Below are positions 1-8,021 of a DNA stretch of 24,903 nucleotides, piece by piece. The position numbers and the translations under genes were made by a program. How positions within the stretch are numbered: the first letter of the stretch is position 1; each line of letters opens with the position of its first letter. Below the pieces are notes generated by a model. That model saw nothing but the letters and a program-made list of their open reading frames with translations, made no database searches and was not told the origin of the DNA. The stretch spans positions 1 to 24,903 of the forward strand of contig SYCH01000248.1 of assembly GCA_005787025.1 (NCBI GenBank). Direction: 5' to 3'. This stretch comes from Actinomycetota bacterium (lineage in GTDB: Bacteria; Actinomycetota; Acidimicrobiia; Acidimicrobiales; Ilumatobacteraceae).

Positions 1-141
1 CTGCAACGCACCGTGATCGGGTTGGCGTAGCGGCGACAGTCCGGTGATGGACCAGCCTTCCTGCTGGAGATGTCCGGCGATCATCTCGGCGGCTTTCCAG
101 GTGTTCCCGGTGAGGCTCTCCACGAGCAGCGCTGCTGTCAT
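1..141 (-). CDS. Flavodoxin-like protein, N-terminal part (runs off window start)
   Basis: Not in the ORF track. Manual translation from ATG at 141 gives MTAALLVESLTGNTWKAAEMIAGHLQQEGWSITGLSPLRQPDHGALQ, with the flavodoxin FMN-phosphate loop pattern S-x-T-G-N-T followed by an amphipathic helix. Confidence 0.7.
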   Translation of the reverse strand, partial: MTAALLVESLTGNTWKAAEMIAGHLQQEGWSITGLSPLRQPDHGALQ

Positions 142-173
142 ACCCCCGATTCAACCACGCGGATCGGGCCGGC

Positions 174-2558
174 TCACACTTTCTTGAGCGGCGCCCAGGC
201 CAGAAGCAGGTGCTTGCGTCCCCGATCACGGAAGTTGATGACGGCCTCGGTCTTGTCACCCGTTCCGGTGACGTCGATGATGACGCCCTCTCCGAACACG
301 GCATGCTCGACCGTGTCACCCACCCTCAACCCGATGTCGTGCGCATTCGATTGCTCCGCCGGTCGCACTCGTCCGGCGGACATGGCGGCATCCACCTGAC
401 GCTCCCGGAATTCGTCGTCGGGATCGAACGACGAGGTGACCTTGCCGCGAGCGGTCCAGTTCTCCTCGCGGGTGAGACGGGTCGACGAGCGGGTCCCCAC
501 GTTTCCCTCGTCGTTGATCAACTCGGCCGGTATGTCGTCGAGAAACCGTGACGGCGGGTTGTACTGGGTGGTGCCGAACTGCTGACGACTCCAGGCGTGC
601 GAGATGAACAAACGCTCCTGCGCGCGCGTGATGCCCACGTAGGCCAGCCGTCGTTCTTCTTCCAGTTCGTCGGGATCGGTGAGCGCACGGTTGTGCGGGA
701 ACAGCCCCTCTTCGGCTCCGACGATGAAGACGATCGGGAACTCCAAGCCCTTGGCGGCATGAATGGTCATGAGCACGGCCTTGTCGTCGTCGTCCAATTC
801 GTCGGCGTCGGACACCAGCGACACCTGTTCGAGGAACTCGTCGACCACGGCGAACTCCTTGGCCGACGAGATCAATTCGCCGATGTTGTCGAGCCGACCA
901 GCCGCTTCGACACTGTCGTCGTTCTCGAACTCCTGCACGTATCCGGACTCGTCGAGAACCCGTTCGAGCAGGTGACCGGGGCTGCGGTCCTCGTCGGCCG
1001 ACACGGCTTCGATCAAGGTGACGAAGCTCTCGATACCCCGTTTGGCCGCGCCCGACACCCCGGCCTCGCCCGCTCGTCGCAAGGCGTCGAAGAACGAGAT
1101 GCCTTCGTCCTTGGCGAAGGTGTCGAGACGGTTGACGCTGGTCTCGCCGATTCCGCGCTTGGGAACGTTGAGCACGCGCTTGACACTGACTTCGTCGACC
1201 GGGTTGGTGACGACGCGCAGATAGGCGACCGCGTCTTTCACTTCGCGGCGGTCGTAGAAGCGTGTTCCTCCCACCACCTTGTACGGAACGCCGAAGCGCA
1301 TGAGGATCTCTTCCACCACACGACTCTGCGGGTTCGTGCGATAGAAGACCGCCATTTCGCCCCACGTGCGCCCGGTGCCCCGTAACGAATTCATGGTGCG
1401 CGCGACGAAGGCCGCCTCGTCGCCCTCGTCGTTGGCGTGGAACCGCACGATCGGCTCACCGGCACCGGCTTCGGTCCAGAGCGCCTTGGGTTTGCGACCG
1501 AAGTTGCGCGCGATGACCGCGTTGGCCGCGTCGAGAATGGTCTGGGTGCTGCGGTAGTTCTGCTCGAGCACCACCACCGACACGTCGGGGAACGCGTCCT
1601 CGAACTGGGCGATGTTGCGGAAGTCCGCGCCGCGGAACTTGTAGATGCTCTGGTCGGTGTCGCCCACCACGCACACGTTGTGATGACGGGCTCCGAGCAT
1701 GAGCACGATCTCGTTCTGAGCCACGTTCGTGTCCTGGTACTCGTCGACGAGGAGGTACTTGAACCGGTCCTGGTACATCGCCAGCACGTCGGGGTTCAGA
1801 CGGAAGAGGCGCACGATGTTGACGAGCAGATCGTCGAAGTCCATGGCGCCGGCCTTCACCAGTCGCTCCTGGTACTCGCGATAGACGTCGGCGTGCTTGC
1901 GATCGAAGATGTGGGCCGCGCGTTCGGCGGCGTCGCCCGGCGACCACAGTTCGTTCTTCCAGTTGGAGATGACGGCGTGCACGTTGCGCGGGGTGAAGCG
2001 TTTCTGGTCGAGACCCAGATCACGGATGACGTAGCCGGTGAGACGCTGGGCGTCGGCCTGGTCGTAGATGCTGAAGTTCTTCGGATATCCCAGTCGCTCG
2101 GCGTGGACCCGGAGAATGCGCACGCACGCGGAGTGGAACGTGGAGACCCACATGGAGTTGGCCACCGGGCCGATGAGGCTCTGGACCCGGTGTTTCATCT
2201 CACCGGCGGCCTTGTTGGTGAAGGTGATGGCCAGGATGCTCATCGGGTGCACGTCGTGTCGCGAGATGAGGTTGGCGATGCGATGCGTCAGGACGCGGGT
2301 CTTGCCGGAGCCGGCACCCGCCACCACGAGCAACGGGCCGTTCACGTGCTCGGCGGCCTCGCGCTGATCGGGGTTCAAGCCGTCGAGGGAGATGGGGGTG
2401 ATGTTGCGGGGAGCCCGAGCGGCGAAGGGAGCCGGCTCGTACGGTTCGGGCGAGGATTCGTCGGTGTGGGCGGCGTCGAGGTCGTCGGGGGCCTCACGGA
2501 CCGGAGGTTCGTCGCCGAACAGGTCGTCGTCGTCGAAGAGGCGCTCGGGTCCGGTCAT
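174..2558 (-). CDS. pcrA: ATP-dependent DNA helicase PcrA/UvrD (SF1A)
   Basis: Motifs LNPDQ, AGAGSGKT (Walker A), TFTNKAA, DFDDLL, VDEYQDTN, GDTDQSIY, LEQNYRST, TIHAAKGLEF and EERRLAYVGITRA; C-terminal Tudor-like domain (VGDTVEHAVFGEG). Confidence 0.98.
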   Translation of the reverse strand: MTGPERLFDDDDLFGDEPPVREAPDDLDAAHTDESSPEPYEPAPFAARAPRNITPISLDGLNPDQREAAEHVNGPLLVVAGAGSGKTRVLTHRIANLISRHDVHPMSILAITFTNKAAGEMKHRVQSLIGPVANSMWVSTFHSACVRILRVHAERLGYPKNFSIYDQADAQRLTGYVIRDLGLDQKRFTPRNVHAVISNWKNELWSPGDAAERAAHIFDRKHADVYREYQERLVKAGAMDFDDLLVNIVRLFRLNPDVLAMYQDRFKYLLVDEYQDTNVAQNEIVLMLGARHHNVCVVGDTDQSIYKFRGADFRNIAQFEDAFPDVSVVVLEQNYRSTQTILDAANAVIARNFGRKPKALWTEAGAGEPIVRFHANDEGDEAAFVARTMNSLRGTGRTWGEMAVFYRTNPQSRVVEEILMRFGVPYKVVGGTRFYDRREVKDAVAYLRVVTNPVDEVSVKRVLNVPKRGIGETSVNRLDTFAKDEGISFFDALRRAGEAGVSGAAKRGIESFVTLIEAVSADEDRSPGHLLERVLDESGYVQEFENDDSVEAAGRLDNIGELISSAKEFAVVDEFLEQVSLVSDADELDDDDKAVLMTIHAAKGLEFPIVFIVGAEEGLFPHNRALTDPDELEEERRLAYVGITRAQERLFISHAWSRQQFGTTQYNPPSRFLDDIPAELINDEGNVGTRSSTRLTREENWTARGKVTSSFDPDDEFRERQVDAAMSAGRVRPAEQSNAHDIGLRVGDTVEHAVFGEGVIIDVTGTGDKTEAVINFRDRGRKHLLLAWAPLKKV

Positions 2559-2567
2559 GGGTGTCCC

Positions 2568-2573
2568 AGCCTA
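2568..2573 (-). promoter_or_regulatory. Candidate -10 element (TAGGCT) for pcrA
   Basis: TANNNT hexamer 9 nt upstream of the pcrA ATG on the minus strand; no clear Shine-Dalgarno. Confidence 0.4.
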
Positions 2574-2627
2574 GATCGGGGGTGTCGGACGGACCCGGGG
2601 AACCGCCACGAAAACGGTCCCCGAACG

Positions 2628-2659
2628 CGAACGAACCCGGCCGGAGCCGGGTTCGTTCG
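2628..2659 (-). terminator. Perfect 14-bp stem-loop, likely terminator of the secreted-protein gene
   Basis: CGAACGAACCCGGC-(4 nt)-GCCGGGTTCGTTCG lies 48 nt downstream of the stop at 2707. The minus-strand loop is UCCG closed by C-G (UNCG type). A second imperfect hairpin follows at about 2597-2622. Confidence 0.7.
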
Positions 2660-2706
2660 TCTCGACGGGAGCGGGCGGACGTCGGGCCCGTCGGGAATGG
2701 TCGGTG

Positions 2707-3483
2707 TCAGGCTCCCGGCGCCGTTGCGCTGGGTCGCACTCCGTTCACCAGATCCGTGATGCGCTGCGTGAGATCGGTGCTGGCGTCGGCCACCAGGGCG
2801 TCGATGACGTCCTGCGCGGTCGCGCCGTTGGCCACCGCCACCTCGGCGATGGTCTTGCCGGCCTCGATCTCGGTCTTCAGTTCGTCGGCGGTGATGCCGA
2901 TGGCCGTGGCGGCGGTCTCGAGCATCTCGCCGCGCATTCCACCGTGTCGACCACCGTGACGTCCACCGTCGGCGGGTCGGGCGGCTTCGAGAGCGGCCAC
3001 CACGGCGTCACGTTGCGACGCGGTGAGGGTGCCGTCGTCCACCAGGGCCTGCAGGTGGGCGGCGAGACGCTCGCCCGGCTCGGGTCGGGTGCCGTTGTCG
3101 GCCGGCGGAGTCGCGGGAGGGGTGGTCAACGCGGTGACGATGGCATCCACGTCGGACGCGTCCAGAGTGCCGTCGTCGACGAGTCCCTGCAGCACCTCAC
3201 GGAGCTTGGCCTCGCGCTCGGCCGGATCACCGTGATGTCCACCGTGTCCGCCACCGTGACGACCACCGTGATGCGCGCCATCGACATCGCCGGCGGCGTC
3301 GTCGATCGACGACGCCGGAGCGCCGGTGTCGGTTCCGGTGTCGGTCGCCGAGACGGCCACCGGGGACTTGGCGCTCGCGCCACCGGGAAGGTTCATCAAG
3401 AGTCCGGCGCCGGCTCCGGCGACCAGGCCGGCGGTGACGCCGAGGACCGCCAACTTCTTCGTCGAGTACTTCGGTGTGTTCAT
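2707..3483 (-). CDS. Secreted or membrane-anchored His/Gly-rich protein with two LVxDGTL helical repeats
   Basis: N-terminal basic plus hydrophobic signal segment; repeats LQGLVDDGTLDASDVDAIVTAL and LQALVDDGTLTASQRDAVVAAL; HHGGRHGGGHGGHHG and GGRHGGRHGG tracts; AAAGGAG RBS upstream. Confidence 0.8.
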   Translation of the reverse strand: MNTPKYSTKKLAVLGVTAGLVAGAGAGLLMNLPGGASAKSPVAVSATDTGTDTGAPASSIDDAAGDVDGAHHGGRHGGGHGGHHGDPAEREAKLREVLQGLVDDGTLDASDVDAIVTALTTPPATPPADNGTRPEPGERLAAHLQALVDDGTLTASQRDAVVAALEAARPADGGRHGGRHGGMRGEMLETAATAIGITADELKTEIEAGKTIAEVAVANGATAQDVIDALVADASTDLTQRITDLVNGVRPSATAPGA

Positions 3484-3530
3484 GTCGTGTGCTCCTTTGT
3501 GCGTCAGGTGCGGATCACCTGTGTGCTCAC

Positions 3531-3586
3531 AGATTGCGCCTCGTAGGTGAGAAGGAAAGCCGGTTCAGGTGAGAACGAGGTGAGAA
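3531..3586 (-). promoter_or_regulatory. OmpR/MprA-type direct-repeat box (3 x TTCTCACCT, 11-nt phase) plus -10 CAATCT
   Basis: AGGTGAGAA occurs exactly at 3545-3553, 3567-3575 and 3578-3586 (spacings 22 and 11). On the minus strand the proximal TTCTCAC is followed by 10 nt and then CAATCT (3536-3531). Confidence 0.75.
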
Positions 3587-3594
3587 TCGCCGAA

Positions 3595-4173
3595 TCACAC
3601 CACCAGCAGGGGCGATGCCCCAGCCGGGGGATCTTTCACGGTCACCTTGGCCCCTACGGCGATCGTTCCGCCGTGGACCACCACCCCCATCACGCCGACA
3701 CGACGCACGACGCTTCCGTCAGGCCGCTCCGAACGAACCTCGGCCAACAGACCCGGACGAAACTCCTCGATCTGTCGACACGGATTGCGCAGACCCGTGA
3801 TACTCACGACAACGCCACCCTCGAACTCCAATCGAGCGCCGGTGAGCAACGAGAACAGGTCGATGCCACTCATGGTGACGTTCTCGCCCAGTTCCCCCGG
3901 CCGAATCGGATGACCCTTGGCACCCAACTCGTCGAGAGTCTCGACGGCGATCAGATGAACCTGTCGCAGATTCGGAGTCGACGCGTCGGCGCGGCCCGCT
4001 TCGATCATGGCCACCCGCGAGCGATGCTTGACCGTTACGCCGGCATGAGCGTCGTCGAGCACTCCGATACCGGCGATCAACTCGATGGCATCCACCTCGA
4101 ACTTGGAAAATGTGTGCGTGGACGAACGATGAACCGCCACCACTCGTGGTCGGACATCTGACGAGGAATTCAT
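3595..4173 (-). CDS. MOSC domain protein (YiiM-like)
   Basis: GIGVLDDAHAG, RQVHLI, PGELGENVT, TGLRNPC (conserved Cys) and G-x-I-x-x-G motifs; GAGG RBS upstream. Confidence 0.9.
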   Translation of the reverse strand: MNSSSDVRPRVVAVHRSSTHTFSKFEVDAIELIAGIGVLDDAHAGVTVKHRSRVAMIEAGRADASTPNLRQVHLIAVETLDELGAKGHPIRPGELGENVTMSGIDLFSLLTGARLEFEGGVVVSITGLRNPCRQIEEFRPGLLAEVRSERPDGSVVRRVGVMGVVVHGGTIAVGAKVTVKDPPAGASPLLVV

Positions 4174-4219
4174 TCGTGCACCTCACATTCGACGGCTCGT
4201 GGCGACCACACTATGGGAT

Positions 4220-5335
4220 ATGACGCGTGCCCTCTCCGACGTCGCCCGTCTGATGCTGAAGCTGGGCGTGATCGGATTCGGAGGTCCGGTCGCGCACATC
4301 GCGATGATGCGCGACGAAGTCGTCCGCCGCCGACAATGGTTCGACGACGAGGAATTTCTGCAGATGGTCGGGGCCACGAATCTGATCCCCGGGCCGAACT
4401 CCACGGAGATGGCCATGTACGTCGGGATGAAGCGGGCCGGGGTTCGTGGCTTGATCACCGGTGGCCTGTCGTTCATTCTTCCGGCCGTCGTCATCGTGGG
4501 CGCGATCGCATGGCTCTACGTCGAGCATGGAACCAACCCCCTCATCTTCGACCTTCGCTACGGCGTTCTTCCCGTGATCGTCGCGGTGATCGCGCACGCG
4601 GTATGGGGCCTCGGCGTGACCAACACGCGCAACCCGGCCGGTCTCGTCACCGCGGCCACGGCGTTCGGCGGATACCTGCTCGGCGTGCATGAATTGATCG
4701 TGATCGCATCGCTCGGCCTCGTGTGGGCCACCGTGCACCTCGTCCGACGAGGATCCAGCCGGCTCAATTCGTTCACGGGCTTCGGTTTCGTTGCGATACT
4801 CGCCACGCAACCCTCCCTCACGCGACTCTTTCTGATCTTCCTCGAAGTGGGATCGGTTCTCTACGGAAGCGGTTACGTGCTCGTCGCGTTTCTCGACAGT
4901 CGGCTCGTGACCGCCCATGCGTATCTCACGGCCGAACAACTTCTCGACGCGATCGCGGTCGGGCAGATCACACCCGGACCGGTGTTCACCACCGCCACCT
5001 TCATCGGATGGCAGATACTCGGTGTGGCCGGTGCCATAGTCGCCACCCTGGGAATCTTCGGTCCGTCGTTCTTCTTCGTCGGATTGCTCGACCGCATCCT
5101 GCGTTGGCTTCGCGCCCGACCAGCCGCTCTCGCGTTTCTGAACGCAGTGACAGTGTCGTCACTCGGCCTCATGGCCGGCGTCCTCGTTCGTCTCGGCGAC
5201 GCGGCGCTCATCGATCCGCTCACCTGGATCGTGGCGATCACGGCGCTCGTCCTCTTGATCACCACCAAGGTCGGTGCCGGATGGCTCGTTCCGGCCGGTG
5301 TGGTCATCGGGATCGTGCACGCTGCGGCATCCTGA
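4220..5335 (+). CDS. chrA: Chromate ion transporter, CHR family (long, two-domain)
   Basis: FGGPVAHIAMM and PGPNSTEMA in the first half, YGSGYVL and QITPGPVFTTATFIG in the second. The ORF opens at 4199; ATG 4220 is the preferred start. Confidence 0.93.
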   Translation: MTRALSDVARLMLKLGVIGFGGPVAHIAMMRDEVVRRRQWFDDEEFLQMVGATNLIPGPNSTEMAMYVGMKRAGVRGLITGGLSFILPAVVIVGAIAWLYVEHGTNPLIFDLRYGVLPVIVAVIAHAVWGLGVTNTRNPAGLVTAATAFGGYLLGVHELIVIASLGLVWATVHLVRRGSSRLNSFTGFGFVAILATQPSLTRLFLIFLEVGSVLYGSGYVLVAFLDSRLVTAHAYLTAEQLLDAIAVGQITPGPVFTTATFIGWQILGVAGAIVATLGIFGPSFFFVGLLDRILRWLRARPAALAFLNAVTVSSLGLMAGVLVRLGDAALIDPLTWIVAITALVLLITTKVGAGWLVPAGVVIGIVHAAAS

Positions 5336-6485
5336 CGAGAGTGATCGCCCCGATCACGACACTCGCGCTGGCGAGTACGAGTCCGCTCCAGGTGCGGCCG
5401 GTGAGGTCGATCACGAGTGCACCGACCAGTGGACCGAAACCCGACATGAAGCCACCCACGAAGTGCATCGACCCCATGAGTGTTCCGAGGTCGTGCGCGG
5501 GGAGAACCTCTCGTGCGTAGATGCCGTCGAGTGGCGACACGGCGCCGATGCCCAAACCACCGACGATCACGAACGAAATCGCCACGCCGATGTTGCCGCT
5601 GAAGGCGAGGAGCAAGGATCCGCCCGCGACGAGCAACTTCGCTCCGACCAGCACCTGTCGCGTCGGATGTCGATCGAGAACTCGACCGAGTGGAAGGCGT
5701 CCCAGCAATTGGGCGAATCCCCGGGCTCCGGCCATCGAAGCGGCGGTCGACCGCTCAAGCCCACCGGCAACCATCGCCGGGATCTGGAGCACCATGATGA
5801 TCGACGTTCCGAACGAGCTGGCGAGTGACGAGAAGGCATAGCGCCGAACGAGAGGCTCCTTCCACGCACCGGCGAGGGCGAGGCGCGACGACGCCGACGG
5901 TGATACCGATCGCGACACTCCTTGACGATCGACGAACAACGCGGCGATGACCAGCACTCCGCCCACCACCACTGCCGAAACACGCACCGTGTCGCGCCAA
6001 CCGACCCACGACCGCATGACTTCGGTGAGGGGAATGAGAATCGGCGACGAGAATGCACCCCAGATCGTGAGTTGGGCGATCGCCCGTGCTTCGCTTCCCG
6101 TCGAGAGTCGTGCCGCGACCGTTTGAGTGAGGTGGTAGAAGCTCGACGCACCCACCACACCTCCTCCGATTCCGAACAGGACGGCGAACGAGACGGGCGA
6201 ATCCGTGAAGGTCGAAGCGATCACGAGTACTGGCCCGACAGCAGCACCGATCGCGAACGGACGGCCGGCTCCATGGCGATCAAGGGTTCGCCCGACCCAC
6301 ATTCCGAGGACTCCCGTGAGGATCTGGGCGATGGTGTAGCCGACGGTGAGGATGCCGACACCGGAGCCGAAGTCGGCCGCCATGTCGTCGAGTAGAACGC
6401 CGAATCCATAGAACCACGAGCCGTACGACACGATCGTCAGGACCCCGAGGATCCCGACACGCACGGTGGGGACGTTGGACGGCAC
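5304..6485 (-). CDS. MFS transporter
   Basis: About 12 hydrophobic segments; motif A-like loops GMWVGRTLDRHG and LGRVLDRHP; overlaps the chrA 3' end by 32 nt. Confidence 0.9.
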   Translation of the reverse strand: MPSNVPTVRVGILGVLTIVSYGSWFYGFGVLLDDMAADFGSGVGILTVGYTIAQILTGVLGMWVGRTLDRHGAGRPFAIGAAVGPVLVIASTFTDSPVSFAVLFGIGGGVVGASSFYHLTQTVAARLSTGSEARAIAQLTIWGAFSSPILIPLTEVMRSWVGWRDTVRVSAVVVGGVLVIAALFVDRQGVSRSVSPSASSRLALAGAWKEPLVRRYAFSSLASSFGTSIIMVLQIPAMVAGGLERSTAASMAGARGFAQLLGRLPLGRVLDRHPTRQVLVGAKLLVAGGSLLLAFSGNIGVAISFVIVGGLGIGAVSPLDGIYAREVLPAHDLGTLMGSMHFVGGFMSGFGPLVGALVIDLTGRTWSGLVLASASVVIGAITLVRMPQRARSR

Positions 6486-6491
6486 GTGCGA

Positions 6492-6497
6492 AGAGTA
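6492..6497 (-). promoter_or_regulatory. Candidate -10 (TACTCT) of a leaderless MFS transcript
   Basis: TACTCT, then 6 nt, then the GTG start at 6485, which is typical actinobacterial leaderless geometry. Confidence 0.5.
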
Positions 6498-6505
6498 AGG
6501 CTCGG

Positions 6506-7291
6506 TTAGTCGACCGGGCGACCTTCGAAGTCGCCGATGAGCGAGAGCACCACCCGCTCACCGCTCTCGGCCGAGGCGAATCGTTGGAGCTTCTCGGCGT
6601 AGTACGACTCTCGCAGATCGCCTTCCGTCAACGCGTTGTAGGTGGGATACAGAGCGCGACGATCACGTGTCGATCGATTTGCTCCGCTGCGATGCGGAGT
6701 GAGCGAATGGAACCACAACGTCTGTCCGGCCTCGATCGGCGCGTGCTGCCAGGTCATGTCGGCAACGAGCGAAGCGGTGATGCATCCACGTTCGTCGGTG
6801 GCCAGCAGCTCCGCGTGCCGACCACTCACGATCTCGAGACATCCGTTCTCGACAGTGGCATCGTCCACGGCCACCATGCACGACACGTGCGAATCGATGA
6901 AAGGATACGCCGGGGCGTCCTGATGAGGAGAGAATCCCGCACCGCCAACCAACTTGTAGTTGATCTTCTCCTTGTAGAGCACCGCGGGCTCACCGAGCAA
7001 TCGCGATGCGGTCACGGCCAATCGTCGCGTGAGCAATTCGCGAAGCCCTTCGTGAACCGGGACGAAATTCTCGCTACGGGCCAACTTCGGGCCGAAGTCG
7101 GTCATCTCACGATGGTGGAGAATCGCCCCGGGCTCGTCGAACGTGGCGGCGATCTCGTCCACCCATCCGCGGAGTCGATGGACTTCTTCGTCGTTCAGAT
7201 CTTCGGTGAGGACCCAACCGTGCGCGACGAAGTGTTCGACGATTGCGGGATCTTCGGGCGAGAACACCGGGAGCGACATATCGACGCTCAC
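6506..7291 (-). CDS. phnY: Fe(II)/2-oxoglutarate dioxygenase (PhyH family), PhnY/PhnY*-like phosphonate hydroxylase
   Basis: LYKEKINYKLVGGAGFSPHQDAPAY (H-x-D), ENGCL, PHRSGANRS-RRA-Y-TYN closely match PhnY; GTGA overlap with the upstream phnZ-like gene. Confidence 0.82.
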   Translation of the reverse strand: MSVDMSLPVFSPEDPAIVEHFVAHGWVLTEDLNDEEVHRLRGWVDEIAATFDEPGAILHHREMTDFGPKLARSENFVPVHEGLRELLTRRLAVTASRLLGEPAVLYKEKINYKLVGGAGFSPHQDAPAYPFIDSHVSCMVAVDDATVENGCLEIVSGRHAELLATDERGCITASLVADMTWQHAPIEAGQTLWFHSLTPHRSGANRSTRDRRALYPTYNALTEGDLRESYYAEKLQRFASAESGERVVLSLIGDFEGRPVD

Positions 7292-7842
7292 CGACCGACG
7301 TGTCGCGCCGCGAGTTCGCGAATCGTGTTCTCGTAGGTCGCCAAAGGAGCGACCACCTTCCCGGCGATCTTGGCACCGTCGTCGGCGATCCGCAGTTCGA
7401 CCATCGCGCGAAGGTCCGGATGTCGTTCGAACTCCGACGTCTCGTCGGGCGTCATGGGGCCACCTTGCGCGGCCAGGGTCATGACGCTGTCGGGTGAAAG
7501 TAATGAGGCATACTCCGCACGGGTGGCCACCAGATAACGCTTTGCCGGTACGTGCGACAGAATCAGGTCGGCCACCCGATCACCCAACACGTCTCGGACG
7601 GCGATCGCACCCATGGTTGCGTGCCGCGGTTGCCCCGGGCCGTCCCACGGATGGGCGAGATCGTGTACCAGGCCCGCAATCTGCAACTCGGAGTCGTCGG
7701 GAGCGACATCGCGAAGAATCGCCGCGGTCTGCAGGCCGTGATCGAGTTCGGTGAAGTTGTCGGCCTCGACCGAACCGAGCGCACCCAGTTGACGCAAATG
7801 GTCGATGATCTCGTCGGCATCACGAAAGCGACGGGGGGTCAT
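7288..7842 (-). CDS. phnZ: HD-domain di-iron oxygenase, PhnZ-like C-P bond-cleaving enzyme
   Basis: LDHGLQTA, LVHDLAH, RHATMG, HVPAKRYL, LSPDSVMTLAAQGGPM and LRIADDGAK retain the PhnZ His/His-Asp/His/His/Asp iron ligands and K/S/T/R phosphonate contacts. The ORF extends to 7977, but ATG 7842 gives a PhnZ-sized protein (184 aa). Confidence 0.85.
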   Translation of the reverse strand: MTPRRFRDADEIIDHLRQLGALGSVEADNFTELDHGLQTAAILRDVAPDDSELQIAGLVHDLAHPWDGPGQPRHATMGAIAVRDVLGDRVADLILSHVPAKRYLVATRAEYASLLSPDSVMTLAAQGGPMTPDETSEFERHPDLRAMVELRIADDGAKIAGKVVAPLATYENTIRELAARHVGR

Positions 7843-7876
7843 CTGAGCCAGAGTCACGCGGTCACGATAACCCGAA

Positions 7877-8015
7877 GAGGTGAACGCCACGTGTCCGATG
7901 CGCAAAGCACGGTCCCCGTGGGACGACCTCCAATGTCGGGTCTTCTGCCGTTTCGCCAACATTGTCCGGTCGTTCACCTCGGTGAGTTGTCACGTCAACT
8001 TCGGTGATTCACCAT
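7877..8015. promoter_or_regulatory. Divergent phnZ/phnF control region with CGTTCACCTC inverted pair
   Basis: GAGGTGAACG (7877-7886) and CGTTCACCTC (7971-7980) are exact reverse complements. Also AGTTG-N6-CAACT (7985-8000), GGTGATTCACC (8003-8013) and a possible -10 CACCAT (8010-8015) 6 nt before GTG 8022. Confidence 0.5.
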
Positions 8016-8021
8016 CGGTCC

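Noticed and set aside
1-141. Flavodoxin as a dedicated reductant for PhnJ
   Set aside because: It lies downstream of pcrA, about 8 kb from the lyase operon, with no shared motif; only 47 codons are visible.
1437-2759. Long plus-strand ORF (440 aa) and many other 200-390 aa ORFs opposite or out of frame with real genes (e.g. 10032-11198, 11718-12845, 17989-19050, 20795-21907, 21469-22659)
   Set aside because: Shadow ORFs expected in high-GC coding DNA; no recognisable motifs and fully overlapping well-supported genes.
3225-3275. Short tandem CCACCGTG repeats as CRISPR-like or contingency repeats
   Set aside because: They encode the His/Gly tract of the secreted protein; no spacers or cas genes.
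7288-7842. HD protein as the missing PRcP phosphodiesterase (PhnPP-like)
   Set aside because: It carries PhnZ oxygenase signatures (HVxAKRYL, LSxxSxxTL-QGGPM) and is coupled to phnY; kept only as an assay control.
7843-7977. Apparent N-terminal extension of PhnZ
   Set aside because: Covers the divergent promoter region and has no HD-family similarity; ATG 7842 gives the expected size.
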